64,000 nt of DNA from Neophaeotheca triangularis (Eukaryota). The notes beneath the pieces were generated by a model. It did no database searches. It saw nothing but the letters and a program-made list of their open reading frames with translations, and was not told where the DNA came from. This document shows, one piece after another, positions 11,119-22,049 of this stretch (within the stretch, counting starts at the first letter, position 1; the number at the start of each line of letters is the position of its first letter). The stretch lies in contig BAAIJX010000003.1 of NCBI GenBank assembly GCA_054600435.1, positions 744,001-808,000 of the forward strand, read 5' to 3'. Position numbers and translations under genes: made by a program.

Positions 11119-12920
11119 ATGGAAAGAATTAAACCATGTTCGGAGTTAACGGCCTGTCAAGCTCTGTCGGGCGACGACACGTGCACCTATCAGAGTGATC
11201 CTGACATTGTTAGTCTCTCCCACTGTGAAAACAACCCGCTCATGCAACTGACGGCTTCTTTTCCAGGCCGGCATCGGTGTGAGTATGATTCCGTGGCGAT
11301 CGGACTTCGCTATATACTCATCTGAGGTCGTTTCAGGTGCTTGTGTCCTTCGTTGTCTCCGCATGGATCGCCTTTGCCTTGGTAATTATCGGCTATCTAT
11401 ACGTCGAGGGCGGAATACGAGAGAGCACCAAGAATAAGCTTGACCGCTTCTTGATCGAAGTGACAAGGACGACTGGCCAGTTTTCAGTCAACCTGTTCTA
11501 CCGCGTCGCAGGGCGTCCCCAGAAGCAGAAAGACGATGACCTTGACAGTCGTTCGCATGTTTTATTCACCGTGGACATTCTACGCTCTGCCGTGCTGGCG
11601 TTTAGCGATCAACAACTTGTCACTGGCCTCGCAATTCTCACCGTCGGCCTGGCGACTTCCGAAGACATCACGGAGTACCACTTCTTTACTGTCAATCAAC
11701 TTGCATGGCTATCTTTTACTGTCTTCGGTTGTTCGACAGAGGTCCTCGCTGAATATTTCCAACAAAATCTAATGTCGCGCTTATGGAGGACTGTCTGGAT
11801 TACCGTGTTCACTGCTTCATTGGGGGGAACGATCGTGGTCGTGGACCACGAAAACTGGCTATGGAGCTTCGGAACTCCCATGAAATGCGTGTGGTCCACG
11901 CTTCGTGCTCCGGGCTTTTGGGTCACAGTCGAATTGTTCTACATGGTCTGGGGCTATGTAAGCATTCTCAACGACCTCTGGCCTGGCAAAATTAACGCCT
12001 TGTTCCCCTGGATACCTGATCTTCTCCGTGTTCCGACTTGCGCGCTCCATCGATTGTCGGACCAAGTCTTCGATAGGAACCTGCCCAGAGGCCTGCAAAT
12101 CCTTACCCAAGTCTCGGGCCCTTGTCTCAGATTGGCATCCTTGATCTTGGTAGGGCTGAGTGAAATCCTTGGCTCGCAAGCCTTTGAATACATCCGAACG
12201 TGGATGATACTTCTGCAAACTACGATTATGACTTTTCATAAGCGCTCCGAGGCAGCAAGTGACGGTTTGATGGAAGGTACAGAAAAAACGTGGGGATTTG
12301 GTCAAGTAGTACCATTACTACTCCTCGCGTTGCCGTTGCTCAACATATCCGAAATCTACTACGGTTAGACATCCCTTGTGTTCTCTCGAAGCATGTCGCT
12401 AACTTCAAGCCCCTATTTTACAGAAGACTTCCAGAAACGCAATGACAAAGCCAACGCCAATCATAACGCAAGCGGCCCGCAGGACGCCACTGGATCCAAC
12501 GAAGCCGATTTGTCCGAGCATGATGTGGTCACAGCTGAGCAGATACCAATGGAAGATGCGGCCTTGCAACGTGCCAGAACCTTTCCTCCACCCGTTCGAT
12601 GGGACACCGAAAGCCGCGGAAGCCGTCGCAACACCTACGCAGAAGACTTGAGCCCAACTTCGCAAGACAAACCCCACGCTATATCGTCAGCTGTATCCGC
12701 CAAGCCTCCGCCGCGAGCACGTCTCACCCACCGGCGAACAGCCCAAGGCAGCGACGGCGGGAAGAGGGTTTCGAACAAGAAGAAGTCAACACGTCGGGAC
12801 TATGACGAGCTGATTGAGCGCCTGTACTCGCGACCCGTGTTCAGATGGACTCTATTGATGATACTTACTGGACTACACGCCTTGGCTACTTACGGAGCAT
12901 ATATGGGTTACGCCTTCTAG
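11119..12920 (+). CDS. Multi-pass membrane protein of an uncharacterised fungal family, 4 exons
   Basis: Exons 11119-11208, 11267-11278, 11337-12363, 12424-12920 give DPDIAGIGVLVSF...FSDQQLVTGLAIL...YHF...WGFGQVVPLLLLALP, motifs recurrent in a fungal TM family. Introns are canonical GT-AG. Confidence 0.8.
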
Positions 12921-13283
12921 ACGCTGTCCTCCGTGATCATTTCCGCTGATTGGGTAACGTTCGCGGTCGCGCATGATGCGGTGTGATGTTTGATGTATAG
13001 CAATCGTCCACATAAGCAGAGCGAAAGCACGAGATATCGTCCTACCTACCCTGTACTTGGCATTGTGGTCCAATACTCCGACTTGCCTGCACAATAAAAC
13101 GGAATGCGATGCTAGTCCACGGCGACGAGCCTGATATTGCTTGCCATTGGCTCTTGTTTCCGATAAAGCGTCGTCGAATGATGGCAACGATTAGCTGAAG
13201 CAATCAGGCAACGAGCGTAGAAAATCTAGCGCTTCAGGCCACTCCATTACCCTAGCGAGGTTGGCTATCCACCGTCTCTCGCA

Positions 13284-14561
13284 TCAGGAAGTCTCATCCC
13301 TCCCCCGCTCCCCCCTCGCAGACCCATAAATGTCACAATACCCCCCCAAAGCCTTCTCCCTCAACTCCTCCTCATCGCTCCCCGCAAACCGTCCCGGATC
13401 CAGGGACCCCTGGAGATCCCCTTCAATAACTTTCCCCCGCAACACTCTGGTCAAAAACCGCGCACACCCCGCCGCGTGCGTGATCCAAACCGCCACCGCT
13501 AGGCTCAACCCCTGCACCCCGGGCACGCAGCCTACGATCGGCAACCCATCAGGCGTCAGGGAGAAAAGGCCGTTGATGAGCTGGACCCCCGGGTCCGTGG
13601 GAGCGTGCTCGGTCGCCAGGAGCGCGAGAGCGGAATCTGGGGCCGTCTTGGCTGCGGCGGCGGTTGCGATGACGGGGTTGAAAGTCGCCGGTGGCCAGGG
13701 CTCGAGAGCGGTGGTGTGTGGGTTGCGGATTGGGATCGGGCGGTGCGCGTAGCTGCCTAGCCCGTACCGGGTGTCGTGACGGCGGGCGTAGATGTGGGAT
13801 TCGGGCCAGCGGACGAAAGGGGGGAGGGGGGTTGAGGGTTTGGGAGTGGGGTTGGAGGGGGTGTAGACGTAGGGGTGGGCGACGGGGATGGCGGGGATGG
13901 TTAGGGGAGTGGGGGTTGCGGAAGCGGCTAGGAGGGAGGACCAGATTCCCGTTGCTAGGATGACCTTGTTGGCGCTGAGGAGGGGGGTGGAGGTTGTTTC
14001 GACTCCCCGGATGGTGTTGTCGGAGATTTGCAGTTTCGCGACGTTCGCTTCGAGGAAGTCGACGCCGTTTTGCCGTGCCTTGGCTCGGTAGGCTAGACAG
14101 AGGGCTTTTGGGTCCGCGACGCCGTCTGTTGGGAAATGTAGAGCTTTTTTGAACGAGTCTCGATGCACAAAATCAGGGACGATTGTTTCGTGCTCCTCTA
14201 GTGACAGGATGCGAGCCGCTACGCCGGCTTCATTGGCTCTTTCGCATCGTGACTCCAACAGCTTGACGCCTTCGTCTGTAGCGGCGAGCTCGAGTCCACC
14301 CACACGGGAGAAAGTGTCGGGAAATCGCTCGTAGTCTTTGAGGGAATCCACAGCTAGCTTGGTGAGGGCTTTGCTTTCGTTGAACTGGCCTAGGAACCCG
14401 GGGGCGTATCCTGTTGAGCCTAGTACTTCGGAAAATGACCTGTCGACTAAAAGGATACGCCCGTTAGAGGGGTCTTCGGAGAGGAAGGCGGCGAGGGCAG
14501 ATCCTACTATGCCGGCGCCGACGATGATGGTGGTTTGAGAACTGTCTTGGGGAAGGGCCAT
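13284..14561 (-). CDS. FAD-dependent oxidoreductase (DAO family; sarcosine/dimethylglycine oxidase-like FAD domain only)
   Basis: IIVGAGIVGS Rossmann motif, GSTGYAPG, VGGLELA, NGLFSLTPDGLPIVG, AVWITHAAG; intronless, 425 aa. Confidence 0.88.
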   Translation of the reverse strand: MALPQDSSQTTIIVGAGIVGSALAAFLSEDPSNGRILLVDRSFSEVLGSTGYAPGFLGQFNESKALTKLAVDSLKDYERFPDTFSRVGGLELAATDEGVKLLESRCERANEAGVAARILSLEEHETIVPDFVHRDSFKKALHFPTDGVADPKALCLAYRAKARQNGVDFLEANVAKLQISDNTIRGVETTSTPLLSANKVILATGIWSSLLAASATPTPLTIPAIPVAHPYVYTPSNPTPKPSTPLPPFVRWPESHIYARRHDTRYGLGSYAHRPIPIRNPHTTALEPWPPATFNPVIATAAAAKTAPDSALALLATEHAPTDPGVQLINGLFSLTPDGLPIVGCVPGVQGLSLAVAVWITHAAGCARFLTRVLRGKVIEGDLQGSLDPGRFAGSDEEELREKALGGYCDIYGSARGERGRDETS

Positions 14562-14947
14562 GTTGGAATAAAGATCGACGTTTGAGTTTAAAAGTTCCTG
14601 GACTACAGAGACTCTTTTGATACCGGTAGGATGGTGTTACGAGTTCGGCAGAGGCCGTGTAGATTGGTTTTGTACTTGGCCGATGGTAGGGCGTGCTTGT
14701 ACTCTGCTACCATGACCCACCTTTCCTTGAGGCAAGGCGTAATTGGGATTAGAACTGGACCACGAAGGTACCATCGACCAGAAATTCTGATATACTTGTT
14801 TCTGGTTTAGCATTAATTTCATCCACTTTGACCAAGAAATTACCTTGATCCAAAAATGGGATTTTCCACGTCGAAGTTTGGCTACTGGCGAGCGGCTTTC
14901 ACCAATGCTTCCATACAACTCTTCAACGCCAGAATCTCCTTTCAACC

Positions 14948-16082
14948 TTACTCAAACTTCATAACATTCACGCACTTGCCAATACCACCAATCTCCACCG
15001 TCACCTCATCACCATCCTTCAACCACTTCGGTGGCTTAAAACCAAAACCAACCCCACCAGGCGTCCCCGTCATGATCAAACTTCCCTTCTGCAGCGTCTG
15101 CCCAGTCGAGCAGAAAGCCACAATATCCCTGACCCCAAAGCACAAATCCGCCGTATTCGAGCTCTGCCTCAGCTCGCCATTGACAAAGCTCTTCAAATCC
15201 AGTCCACTACCATCACCAAGCACACTCGTGCTCACGACCGCAGGGCCGAGCGGCGCGTACTTGTCGAAAGATTTGGAGAAACTCCACTGCGGCATCATGC
15301 CCGCTTTGGACTTCTCCATCTGCCAGTCGCGGCAGCTGACGTCGTTGCCGGCCGTGTAGCCGGCTACGTAGTCGAGGGCGTTTTCTTTGCTCACGTTTTT
15401 GCAGTCTTTGCCGATGACGATGGTGAGTTCGGCTTCGTAATCGCATTGCGCTTGTGCGATCTTGGGGATCGGGGTTGGGTGCCGGGTGTCGCCTACTGCT
15501 GGACCTGGTTTGGTGAAGATGGTTGGGTTCTCGGGAAGGTCGAAGCCGGTTTCGAGGACTGCGTGATGTGATGTGTAAGTATTGAACTGTCTCTTTCAAG
15601 CTATCCTCGACCCCCTCGACATTGATTGGTACTTGGGCCAACCTACTGTGCGTCTTGTAGTTTAAGCCAACACACCGAATCATAGGCACCTCTCCCGCCG
15701 TCAATGGGCCTAGCAGCTCCTTGACCTCATCCTCGGCGCCAGTTGGTCTCGCATCCATGGCATTTGCTCCTTCGAGGACTTTGACTTTAAGCTTCCCTTC
15801 TTGCGCGAGAGCGTCTATGTCGGCCTTGTCGTCGGAGACGATGGGGTCGCCATAGTGGATTTGGTTGTCCTTTGCGCTCACGTAGCGCACCAGGCGAGTC
15901 CACGCTGTGATTGCCATTTTCGTAGCCGAAGAGTGGAAAGGGGAGGCTTGTGGTCTTGCTACTGTGGTTTGTGTCTGTGCAAAGGCTGCTTTGGGTGCAA
16001 TCTGACGATGACGAGTGATCTGGACAATACGGGTGAGGCTTCTAGGGGAGGTTGAAAGGAGGTTGCGAGTGGTGTTGAACAT
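14948..16082 (-). CDS. Fumarylacetoacetate hydrolase (FAH) family protein, 2 exons, N-terminal mitochondrial-type presequence
   Basis: RCVGLNYKTH, intron 15559..15646, then ILETGFDLPENPTIFTK...DYEAEL...GYTAGNDVSCRDWQ...KSFDKYAPLGP...TGTPGGVG. Confidence 0.92.
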
Positions 16083-16931
16083 GTAAGAAGAGGGAGAGAG
16101 TGCGAGGAGGATAGAAGATATCCGGCAGAGCAGATACTCTACTAAGTTACTCGAATGACTCTCAACCTCGATACTACACTGCCGTCTGTCTGCCGCGAGC
16201 CATGCCCTACCTGAAGTTGCCCCATTGAACGCTCGCTCGCGGTTGTTGCGGGGTGGTGGATTGGCTCATTGGGTGGGCACATTATTATTCCCGTCGCTGT
16301 TATTAGTGGGGGAGTGGGCTTGTCCACGCTTGTCGTCAAAAGCAGATCCCGTCGGCAATTGACATGGCCCAATTGCTCAAGTGCCGGATCGGATGTCATT
16401 GCCATACATATCACTATTATTCTGTTCAGCAACATGACCACGTACCTAATGATAGAGGGCTCCAATCAGCTGTTGAGTGAATAATCTCGATCACAATGCT
16501 CGACATATTCTGCTTGTCGCTGTTGTTTTCTGGTATGTTCCATATGACAAGACAAGAAGAAAAGAGTTACATAGGTGCCTACCTCCTATCATCAATGGCC
16601 GCTGGAAGCAGGTACTGGCGAGCTGTCAATGCGCGCTAGCTAAAGGACTTGTCTTTAGAGATCAAGATCAACTAGATCAATCCCCTCGACGGCCGCATCT
16701 GCTCAAAGAGTCGCTAAGTAAGAGATTCAGATGAAGTGAGGTCGCAGCCCAACTGCGTGAGCAGCCCAGCTGAACCAAAGTAGAAGAGTAACTAGTTCTA
16801 TGTCAATAAGCATGCCATCCAAACCAAGCCTCTCACACAATCACCAAAGCTACTCTTTACATCCATCAAGAATGCAAAGGTTCACCCGTACCTGGCACTA
16901 CACGAGAAGCCGTTGTCCGAGTCAGGAGATC

Positions 16932-18600
16932 CTAAGACCAACGCCTCGTCCTGGCCAGGCGTGAAATCGAAAAGACAGGCGACACGCCGAGCGTCACAAG
17001 CTCGCAACCGCCGTCCACGCCGCTGAAACTCTCAACTGGTCCCAAAGCCAAGTATTGACCCGAGAAGCAGGTGGCGAAAACATTGTCCGCAGTCCCGGGG
17101 TACTGGCAGTTGAGCACGCCATCGCAAGCAGAGCAGATGGGAGCTTGAGCTTCCGGCACATCCTCGTTGGGCTGGAGGTAAAGGAATGGTAGAAAGTCGG
17201 GGATGGCACGGCCGGCGACGATGTAGCTGGTGCTGGTGTTGCTGGTGTTGCTGGTGTTGCTGGTGAAGTCTGGGATGATTAGTTGGCCTGCTGGGCCCAA
17301 GCCAAAAGCTGTGGCGGTGGCGTTGGAGGCAGGGCCGAAGTTGATGAGAGGGGCGGAGGCGCCAGCAGGTTGAGAAAGGCGAGCGAGCGCCAGGATCCCG
17401 GTGCTGTTCACGGATGGAGTGGTGGCATTCGTAGCATTTGGCTGGATAGTGCCGGCGGGAAGGCGAGCAAGGTTGAAGAGGGAGGGTACTGGTGATGGAG
17501 AGGTCACGGTTGTGACGCTGGTGATTGTAGAGGTGAAGACGGCCAACTCGGTAGTGATGGACTAATTTTGTTGGGTTAGCAAGCGTTCCACTTTGTAAAG
17601 ACCACGAGGAATTTACGGTAGCATTCAAAGTAACCGGCTGTAGGCTTGTTGCAATATCAGTCGTAGACGTTAGCTGCGTGATGATAGGAGTTGTTGTTGA
17701 ACCTGCGACTGTGGTTGTAACGACGGTAGTAGGACGGGCCAGCACCGTTTGAATGGACGTCGGTGTCGGTAAGAATTGACAGCGGCAGCCTCGAGCGACA
17801 GGGTTGAGGCGTTGGCCTAGATAAGTGGCCAAGCATGACGGGGTGGGCTCAGCAAAGATCCGGTTCATCATGAAAAGTCCATCTTCCTCAGTGACGTCTT
17901 CCGCGGTAGCAGTTCCTGTGGCAATCGCGTCTGTTGCAACAGCGGCCGTGGGACAGGTGAAAACAGTATCAGTGCTAAAGCTGTGTGTGAGTAATAGTGG
18001 GCACGATGAAGACACTTTTGAGGTGCTTCATACCTAAATTCAGTCGTGAAGACAGTCGAAGTGAAGCTGGTTGAAGTAGAGGTCGCAATGAAGCTTGTTG
18101 CGTCAGTAGTAGTCCTATCAAGAGTTAGATTTCAGCATAGGAAAGAGCTAGAAGCTGGCTTCAGGATGATCGTACAAGGTGACACCAGTCGTAATCACGC
18201 TGTTGCGGGAGTCAGTTATCGCTTCTGTCAACACTCGAGAATGTCGAAACTCACTCAATCTCAGTAGTCGTGGTTGCGTCGGCAGTGACGATGGAAGTGT
18301 CTTCGGTCACAGTCGTAAACGACGTGACAGTGGAGCTGGGCACATATTAGAATGAGCAACTGGTGGAATTTCATGGACGGCCATCACGCACGAATCCGTC
18401 AAGGTGGTTTGCTCAGTCACGGTCCTGATCGGCAAGTAAGACGAGCAAAAAGACGATACAAAAGATGGACCTCCTTGATCGAGACATTGCTTGGCTGCAA
18501 TGGCTTGCGTGCCGCAGAAGACCCTATTCTGACGAGCATCGAGTGGAGTGGAACGAACGAGGCTCGCAAAGAGCGTGATCAGGGCGAGCGTAAAAGCCAT
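16932..18600 (-). CDS. Secreted Ser/Thr-rich protein with Cys-containing modules, 6 exons
   Basis: Signal peptide MAFTLALITLFASLVRS. Introns 18336-18391, 18200-18254, 18115-18175, 17981-18033, 17562-17616 (all GT-AG with branch motifs) join three ORF-track fragments plus three short Thr-rich exons into one frame. Confidence 0.75.
17227..17265. repeat. 9-nt coding tandem repeat (CTGGTGTTG)n encoding TSN repeats
   Basis: ctggtgctggtgttgctggtgttgctggtgttgctggtg; protein FTSNTSNTSNTSTS. Confidence 0.8.
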
Positions 18601-19439
18601 TACGGACGAACGAGTGTGGGATGATCTTTGAATGACCGATTGCAACGAAGAATGTGGTCGTGAGAAGCTTGTGAAGCCAGCGGATACTTGCAGGCGGATG
18701 TTGAGCTTGATATCTACCTCGCCACTCTCCGTCTCATGGCCAGGCGCAGCGAATTGACCGAAGTCCCTCGTGTTCTCGGCGGTGTCGCCGCCGCCACCGC
18801 ACAGATTCCATGCGAAACACAAGGCCTCGAGTCGTCGCTCTTGGAGCAACGTGCAGCGGGTGCGCTACGCCCAGAGCGAAGTTTGCTGATGTTCATGGCA
18901 ATGCACCCAACTCCCTTGCATGGGCTTGATCGAGTCCTCTAAGCTCTGAGAGAAGACTATACTAGCGGCTAGTAGAAGGTTGAACACATGTACGCCATTT
19001 CCTCTAGGATGTGCGACCAACACCTGGATAGCTTCTGTCTCGCCTGTTGTGGCCGCCTTTGCAAATTGTAGGGGCAGCTGAGACGAAGCCTTCTTTGTTG
19101 TTGTTGAATAACGACTGACAGCACGACGCAATGCTTGCCGAAAACCGGTAGCACAGTACCTGGTGGCGTTCGATGGCGTGGTGGTCAGTGGCTGATTGTG
19201 CTACCTTGAAATTTGACCTCACTTCCTAACGCGGAGCTGGCGTTGTTGCCTTCGGTCATGGTGTGATGATACATCTTTCGCACGGTGCCGGTCATTCGAG
19301 GGATCGATACAATTCGTTCCCAATCAGCCCCGATTATGGCACCGTCTAAATCGTTAAGATCCACGATACCGCTTGGGTTGGTTTCTGGCCTGCTGGAGGC
19401 AAGGGAGTTTGCAGTGGCTTTGTACGGTTGGGCAGCTGC

Positions 19440-21779
19440 TCACAAGTGAGGCACCTTAGCAGATGCCAACCCCAACTTGACGATGCTCACTAAGCCCTCG
19501 CCTAGAATCAAGCCGCTGGCCAATACAATGATTGGCGTCTCTCCTTTACCGCGCCACCTGGTCCAGTACCAGGCAATTAAACCTCCCGCAGTTCGTGCTA
19601 GGGTGAACGAAGGCGTGTTGTACATACCAACCGCAACAGCAATGCCACCAGGTACATAGCTTGTCCAGCCAGCCTCCTTCGCATGTCCATAAATGCGAAT
19701 CGCAGTAAGAACGGCCCAAAATACAGCAGCCGCAGCCGCAAAAGGGGGAACCTTTGGTGGTAAACCTTCACCGGTAACGAGCCGTGCTGTAAATATCCAG
19801 ACGTAGCCAGTCGGTACCTGAAACATGCCTCCAGGCACCTCGTACACGCTCGTGTAGAGTTTGTAGACGACAGCGCTGACAACGGCGCCGACTGCTGATC
19901 CGACAAGCTGCCCGTAGAACTGGGCCTTGGGACTAGCGCCAAGAAGATGGCCGGTTTTTAGATCCTGTAAGAGGTCGCCTGCTTGAAGAGCACCGGACTC
20001 GCTGATTGCGCCAGCTAAAAGATTAATCACGACCGCATTTGGCGAGTTGGGTGTCACGAGTGCGAACAGTAGCTGCGTCAATTTCGAAATGCCGGAGACG
20101 GGGTTCAGGTCGGTCTCGCCTAGTGCTCTCACACCCATAATGGATAGCAGCAGGGCCAAGATCAAAGCAAGTACGGTCAGACCCACAGGGATGATGCCTG
20201 GGAATGAGTACTGAACAGCAAAGACGCAGAAGCCCAAGGAAAGCACAAGGCCCAAGAGAGTTGTTTTGATCCCGATTAGATGCTCTGGTGGAGCGTCATA
20301 CTCGGGCTCCGCGTCGAATATGGTCGTCCTGCTAGTAGTCTTCTGGAGAGGCTCATGGCCACCACTCGAAGGTTCCGAAGAATTCACTGGGATGTAGTCT
20401 CCCATGCCAGGTCTCGTGAGTTCTTTGCAATGCTCTACAAGTCCCTTCTCACGGCACCCTCTGTAGAACCCAGGCCCATAAGCCCTGGCATACCAGATAG
20501 TAGGCCTCAGCACAAGCCATCCGAGTGACACGATGCTGTCGGAGAGCATGATAGCCAAGCTAACCCAGACGATCCAGCCTTTGCTGCCTGAGTTCCAATC
20601 GGCCACGTCACCGCTGGCCCATCCCTGACTCTTGGCGATGGGTGATAGGACAGCCCAGCCTAGCAACGCTCCTAAGAACATGTGAATAGTCGTTTCAGGC
20701 CCCATGATGATACCCTGGCCTACGTAGGCGGGAGAAGGGTTCAGCGTCCAGAGCCAGGTACTCCCCAAGTATGTTCCCAGGACTGGTATCGACTGAATCT
20801 GAGGTACAAAGTACGACAAAAGTGTATATGCTCCTGATACGCCGAAAGAATACACCAGTGTCCTGATCTGCTTCTTCCAGTCTCTCTTGTTGAAGTCGTC
20901 CTCGTTCGCGTTCTCAACGCTCTCGTTCTCGCCATCTACTTGGGTGACATCTGGACTGGAATTGGCCATCAAAGCTCTTCCTTCCTCTTCGTTTCCATCA
21001 CCTGACTTAGCTTTGGCTTTGCTGTTGTTTCCATCGTCTTGTCCGCTCGTCTTTTCACCACCGTGTAGCACGCCAATCACAAGGGCTGTAGCGGTGCCCG
21101 ATGGAAACTTGAGCTTCTCTCGTACAATCACCTCTTTCCTCAGCGGCACTGCAAATACAACACCAAAGAAGCAGATCCCGAGAGCCCACAGCACCAATTT
21201 CCCTAGCGGCAACTTCAACCCACCTGTCTCCTCGGCCAGTTTCAGCACGTTGATGATTTCCTCATCGTCGCTGTCACTTTTCGGCGTCTCACTTGGCTTC
21301 AAGAGAAACTCCAGTGCTGGAATGACTCCAACAAAGCCACAACCAAGGGGCATCGTTCCCACACTGCCGGCGACAGTTTGTACCAACACGTTCTCTACCT
21401 CGCTGAACCCAGCACCAATACCCAGTCTTTCCAGACCAAGACGGCACATGACTGTCTGCAGAGTCTTGAAGTACGCAAAGCCGATCAAAGCTGAAGGCAT
21501 GGCCATGCCGCTGATCCAGCCTGTCTGGAGTCCAAAGTAGGTGTTCGAGAAGGCGATCAGTACGCCGATGAGCAGGCCCGCCATCAGGGCCCGCAAGGTA
21601 AACTGTGGCTGCTCACTCCGACTTGCCAGAAACTCCTGGTCCGGTTCCTGTCCAATAGGTTCTTGCGCGACTGACCGGCTCGTCTCCCGCTGGAGGCTAT
21701 CATTTTCGTCGTTTGTGTTAAGCGAAGTGGTCGTCCGAGACGATTCTCCGGGTATCTCCTGCCTTCTTTCCAGCGCCAT
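19440..21779 (-). CDS. OPT/YSL-family oligopeptide transporter
   Basis: QFTLRALMAGLLIG, NTYFGLQTGWIS, ENVLVQTVA, KLKFPSGTATA, SPAYVGQGIIMG, GETDLNPVSGISK, QDLKTGHL; many TM helices. First ATG at 21779. Confidence 0.93.
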   Translation of the reverse strand: MALERRQEIPGESSRTTTSLNTNDENDSLQRETSRSVAQEPIGQEPDQEFLASRSEQPQFTLRALMAGLLIGVLIAFSNTYFGLQTGWISGMAMPSALIGFAYFKTLQTVMCRLGLERLGIGAGFSEVENVLVQTVAGSVGTMPLGCGFVGVIPALEFLLKPSETPKSDSDDEEIINVLKLAEETGGLKLPLGKLVLWALGICFFGVVFAVPLRKEVIVREKLKFPSGTATALVIGVLHGGEKTSGQDDGNNSKAKAKSGDGNEEEGRALMANSSPDVTQVDGENESVENANEDDFNKRDWKKQIRTLVYSFGVSGAYTLLSYFVPQIQSIPVLGTYLGSTWLWTLNPSPAYVGQGIIMGPETTIHMFLGALLGWAVLSPIAKSQGWASGDVADWNSGSKGWIVWVSLAIMLSDSIVSLGWLVLRPTIWYARAYGPGFYRGCREKGLVEHCKELTRPGMGDYIPVNSSEPSSGGHEPLQKTTSRTTIFDAEPEYDAPPEHLIGIKTTLLGLVLSLGFCVFAVQYSFPGIIPVGLTVLALILALLLSIMGVRALGETDLNPVSGISKLTQLLFALVTPNSPNAVVINLLAGAISESGALQAGDLLQDLKTGHLLGASPKAQFYGQLVGSAVGAVVSAVVYKLYTSVYEVPGGMFQVPTGYVWIFTARLVTGEGLPPKVPPFAAAAAVFWAVLTAIRIYGHAKEAGWTSYVPGGIAVAVGMYNTPSFTLARTAGGLIAWYWTRWRGKGETPIIVLASGLILGEGLVSIVKLGLASAKVPHL

Positions 21780-22049
21780 GTTGATAGCACTCACAGCACA
21801 GTGCGACCTCTCAGAAAACGCACACCTGCAGTGTTCGCTGGGTGATATGATAAGTACCTACCTAGGTACCCAGATCTTAAGTCGTGATCACTGTCATCAT
21901 CGCCAAGCATTTGAAGAGATAAGCGAGCGATAACGATAACGATAACGATGAACTTTTTCTTAGAGACATGTACAAACAAGGCAGGAGCTGGGTACTTCGC
22001 CTACATAGAACTCTATAGGTCTCTGGTTACCGGCAGCCTTCTTTCAAAG

